Assembly: GCA_030704615.1 (NCBI GenBank)
Contig: CM060734.1
Location: forward strand, 17,174,001-17,238,000
DNA from: Takakia lepidozioides
Lineage: Eukaryota; Plantae; Bryophyta
Direction of reading: 5' to 3'
DNA: 64,000 nucleotides
Of the stretch, positions 13,001 to 24,377 are shown in pieces. How positions within the stretch are numbered: the stretch's first letter is position 1; every line of letters begins with the position of its first letter. Position numbers and translations under genes: made by a program. The notes beneath the pieces were generated by a model. That model was not told the DNA's origin and did no database searches. It was given only the letters and a program-made list of their open reading frames with translations.

Positions 13001-13213
13001 TCATGTCACCTTCCCAATGTCGATGGCAGAGTTGACCCAAACTTGGCAGTGGTACCTGCAGGTTTGAGGTGCATGTTCTGTGGGTCTGCCAAAGGGGTAG
13101 CCACCATGCTGGTGTGTGATCGATGCTCAAGAGGTTGGCATATGGGATGCTTGACACCACCTCTTGAGAGGGTTCCTGATGGAGATTGGTTATGTCCACA
13201 TTGCTTGGGATAG
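10085..13213 (+). pseudogene. RT-RNase H-integrase-PHD finger of element B1, with several nonsense codons and frameshifts
   Basis: RMCGDYR, PFGLKNAP, YIDD, RNase H DWS/TDHQPL, integrase HEELGH..C..C, DFAG, TDQG, AERVVQ. C-terminal CMFC...CDRC....H..C...W.CPHC is a C4HC3 PHD finger. Confidence 0.92.
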
Positions 13214-13473
13214 TGGCAGTGGACATGACTGGAGGCAGCTAACAAGACATGGGAGGCCAAGCTCATAGGAGTCAATACACGAGATCCCAGGCTCAAGTTC
13301 ACAGGTTGCAAGATGGCGACTAACGATGGGGCAACTCTTGCACCCGGCCTCTTGATCTATCAAGTTTGAGTGTAGTAGGGACAGTGGTGGAGGACGTAGT
13401 GAGGCTATGGTCACTATCACATCTTGTGGCTACCTGGACTTAGAGGGACCTAAGCACCAGCTAGGGGGGCGAT

Positions 13474-14168
13474 TGTGTGGACTAGTGACTGCCATAGTGG
13501 GCAGCATAGTGGTAGCCTAGTGACTGACTAGTTGTAGCCTAGTGGTTGGACTAGTGGTGGACTAGTGGTATACTAGTGTGTGGCGTGCACATGTGTTGTG
13601 TGGTTTTAGACAACGATGTAGTTGTGTAGCGATATGTATGCGCACGACAGCTGTAAAGTTATTTTACCACTAGTGTGAAACTAGCTAGGAAATAGCTAGC
13701 TTTTACATATTGACATTTGGGATTGGCCCAAGTGTCAATCCAGGGATCAAGGCAGATTTAGGCCCTGGAGTGGTTATCTTCACGGCAAGCGCGGGAGGCT
13801 CATCTTTCTCGAGTTGAGCCTCACCGCGCCTAGCTATGGCGCCGTAGTGTGGATTCCCCATGGCGTGGGGTGCACTTGGCTTGACTTGTATTTGAGTGAT
13901 GAGTTTATATATGCATGAGTTTAAGCTTCAGCTTTGTGAGCTCGCATGAGCTTGTGCTTGTATTCTTCTTCTTTATCATTGTGTGGACTAGTGACTGCCA
14001 TAGTGGGCAGCATAGTGGCAGCCAAGTGACTGACTAGTTGTAGCCTAGTGGTTGGACTAGTGGCTGGACTAGTGGTGGACTAGTGGTATACTAGTGTGTG
14101 GCGTGCACATGTGTTGTGTGGTTTTGGACAGCGATGTAGTTGTGTAGCGATATGTATGCGCACGACAT
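13474..14168 (+). repeat. ~180-bp direct duplication (13474-13649 and ~13979-14168) of an ACTAGTG-rich LTR start, flanking a 327-bp filler
   Basis: Both copies run TGTGTGGACTAGTGACTGCC...CGCACGACA. Confidence 0.85.
13652..13978 (+). repeat. Fragment of repeat/LTR family C, near-identical to 56171-56497
   Basis: AAGTTATTTTACCACTAGTGTGAAAC...TTCTTCTTTATCA is present at both loci. Confidence 0.88.
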
Positions 14169-14269
14169 AGTTGGACGGATGGAGTCAAGGAGAGGATGAC
14201 GAGCTACTATAAAGCAGTCGGCGGAAGGACAAGCAGACAATCTAGTCTTCTTCTTTGCTCTCTCTTCCC

Positions 14270-14315
<46 letters not shown>

Positions 14316-16483
14316 CCCATTCTCCCTTTGCCAAAACTAGGTAGTTTAGTTGGAGATAGAACCAGATAGGAATTCTGGTTCCTAGTTGTGGTGCCTAGTG
14401 TTGATTTGAAAATAATATACCAGCCTGCAGTCCAGCGTTCAACGTTATTCAGGTCTCTGGTCGGTGAAGCTAAGTTGGTCGGAGTGTGTGCACTTGATCC
14501 ACCATTGTATTCCAGTTGAAGTATGCATCAGTCTTGTTGGTAATTAATCATATTTTCTTCCTTGTATCATAGTATTCGTTTACGGGATCGATATAGCGTC
14601 AACCAGATGGAATAAGCTCAGTTGGTTCTCAACGTTGTCAAATTTGTGAGTCTTCACGTTTGATTTCCACGAAATTCTAGTGACTCGGACTGGCGGAGTT
14701 GTTGAATTGGAGTGCTTCAGTGTCTAGATCTTCTTTGATTTATTCCTGCACACCATTTGTTTCCAATCGTATCTCTGTTCGGAAACTTATCAACTCAAAC
14801 ATCTTGTATAATAGGTTGGATCATATCAGTTTAGTACTTATTAGTTTCCAGAAAGAGAGTACTTAGCCTGCAATAAATAAATAAATTAATTAATTAATTA
14901 AAACACTACTATCAGTGACCGGTGGGTGAGTGAAACTGGAGATAAAACCTGCTGTTTGCGAACAAAAGACTGAGTAAGGGGTATGTGGCCCTTGAGAACT
15001 CAATAGTCACACCTTTTAGTAATTCAAGCGTCATTAGAAATAGGTGGTGACATCGATGAATGACAGGGGCAAGCCAGATGTTTGAAGCTTGGTCTCCCGC
15101 ACTGATCTCCGCCGCTCGTCTTAATGGAAGAAGGGGACGATTATGGGTGTGAAGTGGCAGTGTATGTCTTGAAGCTTCACTGGTTATGCATCACCACGCG
15201 TTTTGGTGGTGTCTATTCATGTTCAAGGAGATGAAGCGTTGCATAGTTGGAAGTTTTGAAACAACCGTTTAAGGTAGTTAATACACTATGGGATTTTCAA
15301 GAATGGTACTTGGGTTTAGTGGTTAAGGAAGTTATTTGTGCTGTAAGGTGGGGGGTTCAAATCCCCAATAGCCACATTGTTTCACTGTAGTTGGTTTTGA
15401 TTCTTTCCTTTTATTTTGGTTATATTAATATTGTTTGTTGGGCTGATCTTTTCCTTAGAATGATCTACTTGCTTATCTATTCTTGACTCACATAAATTAA
15501 TGGGGACTAGTAAAAACTAAATAAATCAATATCCCTATCTTTTAACGTAAATATATACATAAAATCCTTCAAAAAGAAAACAAATAATTAAGTTGGTTGG
15601 TTGAAATTAAATTTTGTTGTTTGCTTAATAACTAGTATTTACACTAGGCTATCTCTTTAATATATATATATATACATCTAAAAATCATAATTATTTATCC
15701 CGAAGTAATTATACATTCTCCTTATATATTTCTAGACCATTGTTTTCGTAAGTACGTCAATGAGTTAGCACTAACTGTTGATTACAAATTGCAAACGCAA
15801 ACACTTATAACATAGAAAATTTATAAATCCACACTAGCAGCACCCTTGGAGCTAGGCGGCGCCTTCGGGACCTAACCTGGCTCTGTCTAACATGAACCTT
15901 AAATTAAGTATGCAACTGTTAATGGGGTGCATTAATGGTTGACATATTTTTGGTGCATCTGCCGGGAGTTAGACTAGCTGCTTTTGAATTCTTTAAAATC
16001 TTGCTTGTTGTTTTGATGATAAACTGTTGTATGAAGTATTCTCAACGATTGAAAATGGTTGTGTTGAAATAACAATGGTAGCAACGATCAGATGTGTCAT
16101 TTGAGAGAACAGTACAAATGACATTACCACACCATCTCCTCGTGTCAATTAGGGGATGGGAGCCCTGATAGTGTAGGCGACGCTAACATGATAAACCAAC
16201 TAGCAAAGATGAATGTCGAATTCTGCTTCTAGCTCCCATCACAGTCCTAGTACAGATTCCGGAGAGACAGATCCTAGACTTAGACGTAGAATATTTCGTG
16301 TAGCAATTAGAGAAAGATTTTTTCAATTACCCAGAAGTACAATTCAAGTAACAACATCTGAAGAAGAAACGGAGGAGACTTTGGTTAATCAACCCATAGA
16401 TCACATGAATATAGATCTGAACGGACAAGACTCTAAAGGTTCTGAATCCTCGGTATCTTCTCCACCTTTAAGTCCAGCTAGAC
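14169..16483 (+). mobile_element. 5' end of another LTR retrotransposon (D): LTR ending ...TTGACA at 15944, PBS at 15951-15969, gag-like start at 16213 cut by chromovirus A2
   Basis: TATA-like CTATAAAG and a (CT)n tract near 14206-14311. PBS TGGTGCATCTGCCGGGAGT. A Ser/Pro-rich ORF stops at the A2 LTR. The left boundary is uncertain. Confidence 0.6.
14272..14311. repeat. (CT)n microsatellite
   Basis: Uninterrupted CT run. Confidence 0.95.
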
Positions 16484-17212
16484 TGTCGCGCACCTCACTT
16501 CGATAAGCTCCCCTTCAAGTCATAGTTACTCGCTTTGATGCGCGCGCCTGACTCCCAACCTGGCCGCCCGGGCCAACTTGGAGCTTCGGCTGCTCACCGG
16601 GACATAACGGTCCCCCTTCGCTTCCCACTAAACCCTCCACCTATTTGGGACTAGGAGAATTTCCTTTGGTAGATGGCAGTCCGGAACAGCTCCCCACTCT
16701 TTGGTCGCTTTCCGGTTCGCTCGTTTACTCACTAGTTTTTGGTCACCAACGGGCTTGCACCGTTCTCGGGGTCACTACTCCCCTTATATATACTTCTGTA
16801 GCTGTCCGCGGGGGTTTCACAACCAGCCATGCCATTTTATGGCGAACCACCAGGAAAACCCTCGACTCCCGGTGATGAGTCGCGGTGAGTCTTGGCCCAC
16901 TCACTACGGCCCCTATGGACCGTGATGAGTCCCAAGACTCCCCACGACTCCCACCACGAGGTCTCCGCCCCCATGGTGAGTCCTATGCCACCCCCACTAA
17001 GTCCCGCTAAGCTACCACCACCCCTTGTGGAGCCACCCCCACCGCCACCCGGTGTGCGGGGCTCCACCTAGTGAGCGCCTCCGCCTCCTTGGGTGCCTTG
17101 GGCACTCAAGGGTGCTTCAGCCCCCCATACCTATCGCTGCCGCTACCCCCACCACAGGGGCAACCTCTCATGTGTCCCGACCCCCTTGCCCTCAAGGCAA
17201 AGGGCCGCGACA
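16484..17212 (-). repeat. Complete 3' LTR (~729 bp) of A2
   Basis: 7-bp terminal inverted repeat TGTCGCG/CGCGACA, with homology to the other LTR copies. Confidence 0.92.
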
Positions 17213-18082
17213 CACACCCCTACCATTTTGTAGAAACGAACATCCAAGTTGTGGCGTCCCACATCAAGGAGTTTGTTTCCGTACCATGGTGTCCCATGGC
17301 AAAGAACCAAACCCCACACTTGACTCTACTCTCCACTAGCTAGTTTGGCCGACTTCCTCCAAGTCCCGGCCAAGGGTGGAGCCTCTCCAGCTCCTCCCAG
17401 TGCACTCTTCTTGGCCTACTTCAAGGCCAAGGAATGATCCTCCCCGAGGATCGAATCGCCTTACTGCAACAACATGCTTGCGATCGCTCATGATGCCGCT
17501 TTTGGCATCACCTTGAGCAAGGGTTCACCTGGAACCCTCTTTGACTAGGAAGATAACCTTGAACCAACCGTGCGCCCCAATCTCTACAATTGGGTCCGCC
17601 TTGGAATGCTGGCCTGAGGTACGGGAACACGCCGAAGCCGCACTACGACTTCGTCCCGAGGCTACACGATTATAGTACGTGAACGGAAGCACGTAGCTTC
17701 CGCGTTAGCCCGCACTACAAGGCAACCCCCTCGGTAGCGCAGTTATAGTACGCGCACGCGCCAGGTGCGCACTAGCACGTGAACTCCAAAGAAGGCGCAA
17801 GTTTCCTTGCCCCTTGGATGGGAGTCACCCGATTTCGGCACTGCGCAAACACACGATTAACCCAATTTACCTCTCCCGCTTTTGTAAGCTAGCATGCCTT
17901 CTACACACTAGCCAACCATACCATGCATCGCCATTCCAAACAAAAATAGGAAGCACAACATTTGAAACATTTCATTTAAAGCAAATTTTGTACAATACAA
18001 GTTTTTGCAATTGGATTCCTGAGCTAGCTAAGCCGGGGTAAGCATGCATTTCCTCCCCCACGCTCCAAGGTTGATGTCCCCA

Positions 18083-19451
18083 TCAACGCTTCTTCCGCTT
18101 TTGAGGTCGCCCTTCGAAAGCTGCAACCGCCTCGGATGCGTTTCCCATTTCTGAGGCACGCACCCAAGATGCCTCCACACGATGATAGCCCTTCCATTTG
18201 ACGAGATACTCCGTTTCTCGGTTCCTGAACCTCCTCGATTTAAGTATTGCCTCCACCTCGTACTGAGGTTCATTTTCATGATCCAACAGCATAGGTGGTG
18301 GACGCAACACTTGATGCCGATTCGGACGCACTTCATCTTTGAAGTAAGGCTTCAAAAGGGATACATGGAATACTGGGTGCACCTTACTGTTTGCCGGCAG
18401 CTCCAATTTATACACATCCTCATTCATAACCTTCCGAATGCGAAAGAGTCCCGCATACGGAGGTACGAACTTCGGACTCACTTCCGGAGGTAGTCGGAAA
18501 TTCTTGATGTTCAACCAGACCTCTGTGCCTGCCTCAAACTTCACTTCCCTCCGCTTCCAATTCGCCTGCCTTTCATACCGTTTCCTAGCTTTGGCAATAT
18601 TGTACTTGCGAGCTTCAACAAACGCTCGCGTTCTTCCAGTACCGCCGCTACTGCCGGTTCCTCAACGTCCTGGGCGGCCCAACTTGTCGGCACCAGAGGT
18701 GCTTTTCCATAGACCAATACGAAAGGGAAAACTCCCGTTGCGGAGTGTTCTGTGTTATTATAACAGAACTCTGCCGCGTCTAAGTGTTCCACCCAGTCTG
18801 TTTGGTTTGCCGACACGTAATTCCGCAAGATCTGCTTCACTACGGAATTCACCCTTTCTGTTTGGCAGTCGGTCGTAGGTCGGAAGGCGGTGCTCATCTT
18901 CAGCCTCGTCCCCATCTTCTTCCAAAGTGCCCTCCAAAATTTACTCGTAAACTTTGGATCGCGGTCCGAGACAATATCCTTCGGGACTCCATGATGTTTT
19001 AAGACGTGGGCGAAGTAAAGTCGCCCTGTCTCCTGCGCCGTTGCCGTCTCCTTGGTGGGGATGAAATGGCCCATTTTACTGAACCTATCCACCACCACCA
19101 TGATTGCATCGAATCCTTTTGACAGCGGCATAGCAGTCATGAAATCCATCGAGACGCTTTCCCAAGTCCCCTCTGGAATTGGCAAGGGTTGTAACAGCCC
19201 CACTTGCTTTTTGTACTCGCTCCGGTTTTGTTGGCATGTGGTGCATGTCTTGACATACTCCTCTGCCTCCTCCCTCAGTTTGGGCCAGAAATACTCTTTC
19301 TTCAAGAGTGACGCAGTGCGCTTGGCTCCGCCGTGGCCCGCAAGCGGGCTATCATGGCATTTTCTCAAGAGGCTATCTCTGATCCCTCCCTTCGGCATGT
19401 AGAGACGTTTTTGCTTATACCGGAGCAGTCCATTTTGCAAGTGGAACTGCG
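18083..19451 (-). pseudogene. Integrase plus chromodomain of A2 (one frameshift near 18600)
   Basis: HDSPLAGH..CTTC, SMDF, SDRDPKF, TERVN, and chromodomain YLVKWKGY. Confidence 0.92.
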
Positions 19452-20238
19452 CTATCAACCAGTTTGGGCAAGAGAGGTAAATTCATGCCCTGCAAACATT
19501 TGTATTTCATATTTTTGAAGAGGATGGTTTGCGATCCCAAACGTGACAACTTCATTCACCAGGCCACTATGAGTTTCAACGAGGTCGATACTCTATTGCA
19601 GCGGGATACAACACATGGGTAGCATCAACTATGCAATGTGGTATGTGGTTGACCATGATTTGAAATGTGTAATTCACATCAATTCGTCGGCGGTGCAATG
19701 ATATGGCCTCCAACTATACGGAGTGAGCTCTGAGTGACAACTTTTAAAAGCACATTTGTCATTGCACCATTCGAAGTCTACATGTCTTGCTGTCGTTATG
19801 CACTACAATCATCTTTTGAAGATGATCCTAACTCTCATTGTTATTTGAGGAGGGAGGAAGGTCTTCCCGTGGCAGCCTCTATGGCGCACACTTTGTGAGG
19901 ATATTTTCTCGTCCTCGTAATTGTAAAAGTGAAACAAGCATTTGTAATTGCACAATGTTGGATGTTACAATTGTAGGCCTCATGGTAGTCTTGATTCTAT
20001 TTAGGCAAGATTCCCTGCATTAATCCCACGGTCATAGGACCATCCTCGGTTATAGGCGGCGCATGTTAATGCTGACGTGGCATATGACGGACAGTGCCAC
20101 GTCATCATTTGCCGCCACATCAGCATGCTGACATGATGCTCACGCCACGTCAGCGTGGGTGCAGGCTCACGCCACGTCACTCCTGCGTGAGCGTACGCTC
20201 GTGCGCTCACGCGCAACGCTCACGCCATTGCGTCGTTG
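19452..20238 (+). mobile_element. Foreign insert in A2: SWIM-finger 3' fragment of the MULE family (~19460-19620), then GCCACGTCA-rich repeats (~20070-20200)
   Basis: PCKHLYFIF...CDPKRDNFIHQATMSFNEVDTLLQR aligns by eye with the ORFs at 38227 and 60987. Confidence 0.75.
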
Positions 20239-23200
20239 CCTCAATTTGGGCCAGAAATACTCTTTCTTCAAGAGTGCCACGGTGCGCTTGGCTCCGCCGT
20301 GGCCTGCAAGCGGACCATCATGGCATTATCTTAAGAGACTATCTCTGATCCCTCCCTTCGGCATGTAGAGACGCTTTTGCTTGTACCGGAGCAGTCCATT
20401 TTGCAAGTGAATCTGCGATTTAACCCCCATCCTCAAGTCCCGCATCACGGACTTCGCCATCTCATCCTTCCGGTAAGCCTTTCGGATCTTCCTTGCGTCG
20501 TCTCGCCCCTGTACACCATCATGAGCTGCTGCTTTCTACTTAAAGCATCGGCCACCACATTGTCCCATCCCGGTTTGTACTGGATATCCACGTCGAACAG
20601 TGCCAAAGTATTTTGCCACCTAATTTGTTTTGGGGACAACTTAGGCTGCGTGGCAAAATACTTCACCGTGACATTGTCCGTGAACACCTTCACCGGGTTG
20701 GAACCAATATAGTGGCGCCAAAGCTCAAGGCAATGCACCACCGCCTTCATTTCTTTCTCGTGCGTAGGCCACCGTCGCTCCACTTCATTTAGTTTCTTAC
20801 TTTCGTAAGCCACTGGACGTCCATCCTGCATGAGTACACCCCCAATTGCGAAGTCCGACGCATCTGTATGGATCTCAAATGGATGGTCGAACTCCGAAAT
20901 TTTGAGGACTGGAGCTTCCGCCATCCGCTGCTTCAACTCGGCAAAAGCTTGGCCACAAAAGGTGTTCCATACCCAGACTTTGGATTTACACAGGAGGTCT
21001 GACAGCGGCCCCACAATCTTGGCAAAATTTCTCACATACTTCCGGTAATAGGAGGCGAGTCCTAGGAAGGATCACACTCCCGGGACCGAAGTCGGAGGCT
21101 CCCAGTCCAAAATCGCCCTCACCTTTCTGTCATCCATTTTGATCCCATCCTGTGTAATCACATGCCCCATGAATTCCACTTTTGTGACCTCGAATTCGCA
21201 CTTTGAAGCTTTGGCATACAGATCCCCTTCCCGCAATTTCTGGAACACCCTTTTTAGGTGCTCTAGGTGCTCTTCCTTTGTTTTCGAGTACACCAAGATG
21301 TCGTCGATGTACACGATCACAAAGTCATCCAACCACTCCTGGAAAAGGCTGTTCATTAGCATGCTAAGGGTCGCGGGTGCGTTGGTGAGCCCAAAAGGCA
21401 TCACCAAGAACTCATATGAACCATACCTTGTCCTGCACGAGGTCTTCTCCTCGTCTCCTTCCGCCACTCGAATTTGATGGTAGCCGGAGCGCAAATCGAT
21501 CCGGCTGAAATACTTCACTCCTGTCAACCGATCAAAGAGGTCGTCGATCCTTGGCAAAGGGTACCGGTTTTTGATAGTCACCTTATTTAGAGCCCTGTAA
21601 TCGACACACCCGCAGCATCCCATCCTTCTTGTCTGCGAATAGCACCGGGGCTTCGTAAGGTGACTTACTCGGCCGGATGTACCCCTTTGACATTAGATCC
21701 TTGAGCTGAGTCTTCAGCTCGACCAACTCTCTGTGGCTCAACCGGTAGGGTGCCTTGGTAGGCGGCTCCGATCCCGGTATCACCTCAATCTTGTGGTCAA
21801 CTCCTCTTCGTGGTGGCAAGCCGCTTGGTAAATCCTCCGGCATCACATCTTGGTATTTCTCCAAAATTCCCTTGATCCAATCTGGGCTCGGTTCCCTATC
21901 GCCTTCTCCCTTCACTTGTCTCACGTAAAGCAAAAACTGGGGCTCGTGTAGCTCCTCCACGGCCCACTCATTTGCTGACAACAGGTTTATTCGCCATCCC
22001 ACTGGGTTGGGCGTTTCCGACACTCTTAAAACTTCGCCACCATTCCCACACGGTAGCGTGACTATTCTCTTGCGGCCATCTATGACCGCTCCGGATTTGC
22101 TCAAAAAGGTCATTCCCAAAATGAGATCCACTCCATTGATCTCGCAAATGGTGAAGTTCTCACGTCCCTCCCAACTACCGAGCTGAAGAGGAACATCGAA
22201 CGCCAACCTCGTCGCCAATTGTGGTTCTCCTTTGGCCGAACGCACCTCAATAGAGGCCCCCACATCACTTGTTGGGAGTCCCAACTTCTGTGCCGTTGCC
22301 GGTGTCATGAAGGAGTACGACGCTCCTGTGTCCACCAACAACGACACGTTAGTTCCGGAGATTATCCCACTCACAAACATTAACTGACTCCCTTTACGCA
22401 AGGCGTCAGTTTCCTGATACAACTCATAAGAGTAGTTGCCTACCTTGCAAGTCTTGGCGACCACCGCCTCCACCAAGCGGCTGATGGAAGCTTCAGACAA
22501 CTCCGTGGTTGCCCGAGTCATGTTCAATTGTCTGGGATTCGTACACTTTTTGGCCATGTGCCCGGGCTCCCCACAATTGAAGCACACTCCATCGAAGGTT
22601 GCCTTTTGTCCGCCATAAGACGTCGCACCTGATTTTCCTTTCGGAGCACCGGGTGTCGTCTTGGTGTGTGAAGGCCCTCCCTTCGATTTCCACGTGCCAT
22701 TGTCGCCGCGTGGCCTATCCCACTTCTTTTCCGGTCGAACGGAGTCACCCTCCCACCGGGTCTTCTTGTGGTTCAGCTCCGTACGGCCTTGTCTTTCGCC
22801 CCTAGGGACATCCGAGAAACATTCAGCCCTCTCAATTGCCTCGTTCAAAGTCTTAGGTGGCTTCTCCTCCAACTTCCGTCTGGCCCATGGGGCCAGTCCC
22901 GCCACAAAGTTGAAGACCATTTCTGGTTCTACCATGTCCGCGACTTCGAGCAATAGCACATTGAAAGCCTGAACATATCCCCGAATGTCATCCGTTTGCT
23001 TCAGATTCCTCATTTTGTCCTGGGCGAGCCAGGACGCGTTGAGGGGCACAAACTGTCTCTTCATCAGTTCCTTGAACCCACTCCAGTTCAAGGTTTCCGG
23101 GTTTGGACCTCGGTCATGAAGGCGTTTCTGCCACCATTGTTGAGCATAGCCCCTCAAATAAGTGGGAGCCACTTCCACCCGATCCTCGTCACTCAACTTG

Positions 23201-23603
23201 GCTGCCCGGAAGTACTGCTATAGCTCCAAGAGCCAGGTGTTGAGTGCCTTCCGATTTCAGACGCCCTCAAAGGTGTCGGGTTCCTTAGGCTTCACCTTAA
23301 ACTTTGTCTTAGTGGAAGTGGCATTAGCCACCTTCAACACGTCTTTCAACGTCCCGCCAAACTGCGCCAACAACCCTTCCCAAAAGGCTGCTGGCATGGG
23401 AGGCATTGTTGGTCTGTCGGAGCTCTCTGGAATTCCTCGGGCTCTGACTCCTCAGATTCCTCCAGTTCTTGAGCGGCCTTGTTTTCAAAAGCATGCATCG
23501 CTTCCTCAAACGGCCGCTTTGGTGACACGTCGCCCCCATCGGGCTTACCAGGATCATCATGTTTTGGGCCGTTCCGCTTTCGCTTTGGCTTGCCCGGCCC
23601 CAT
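20239..23603 (-). pseudogene. gag-PR-RT-RNase H of A2, frameshifted
   Basis: Highly similar to 2568-5940. Motifs CFNCGEPGH, LVDTGAS, YIDD, TDAS. Confidence 0.92.
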
Positions 23604-23644
23604 GATGAGGCCGATCCCAAGGACGATCGCATACTGAACTCTAA

Positions 23645-24377
23645 GCTCTGATACCAAGTGTCGCGCACCTCACTTCGGTAAGCTCCCCTTCAAGTCATAG
23701 TTACTCGCTTTGATGCGCGCGCCTAACTTCCAACCTGGCCGCCAGGCCAACTCGGAGCTTCGGCTGCTCACCGGGATATAACGGTCCCCCTTTCTTCCCC
23801 CAACAGACCCTCCACCAATTTGGGCCTAGTGGAAATTCCCTTTGGTAGATGGCAGTCCGGAATAGCTCCCCACTCCTTGGTCACTTTCCGGCTCGCTCGC
23901 TTACTCACTAGTTTTTGGACACCAACGGGCTTGCACCGTTCTCGGGGTTACTACTCCCTATATATACTTCTGTGACTGTCCGCAGAGGTTCCATAAACAA
24001 CACCATCCTTTTATGGCGAACCACCACGAAGACCCTCGAATCCCGGTGATGAGTCGCGGTGAGTCTTGGCCCACCCACCACGGCCCCATTGGACCGTGAT
24101 GAGTCCCAAGACTCCCCACGACTCCCACCACAAGGTCTCTGCCCCATGGTGAGTCCTATGCCACCCCCACTAAGTCCCGCTAAGCTACCACCACCCCTCG
24201 TGGAACCACCCCCACCGCAACCCGGTGTGCGGGGCTCCACCTATCCTCCGCCTCCTTGAGTGCTTTTGGCACTCAAGGGTGCTTCAGCCCCCGCATCTAT
24301 TGTTGCCACCGCCCCCACCACAAGGGCAGCCCCTCTCGTGTCCCGACCCCCTGCCCTCAAGACAAAGGGCCGCGACA
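23645..24377 (-). repeat. 5' LTR of A2 (23659-24377) and Met PBS (23645-23656)
   Basis: GCTCTGATACCA on + is TGGTATCAGAGC on -, adjacent to the LTR end. Confidence 0.92.

Larger units (their letters stand above)
8630..13649 (+). mobile_element. Ty3/gypsy retrotransposon B1 with pol order DNMT-RT-RNaseH-INT-PHD; 5' part lost at the chromovirus insertion
   Basis: Contiguous decayed pol, a PPT (AGGGGGGCGAT, 13463-13473), then TGTGTGGACTAG as a likely LTR start at 13474. Confidence 0.88.
16484..24377 (-). mobile_element. Chromovirus A2 with two complete LTRs; probably a chimera of two copies
   Basis: LTRs at 16484-17212 and 23659-24377 (TGTCGCG...CGCGACA), PBS at 23645-23656, gag-pol between them. 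The 5-bp flanks differ (TAGAC vs CGGAC). Confidence 0.9.

Noticed and set aside
15305-15380. tRNA-like A/B boxes (TTTAGTGGTT, GGTTCAAATCC) inside LTR D
   Set aside because: Too degenerate to call, with no acceptor stem evident.
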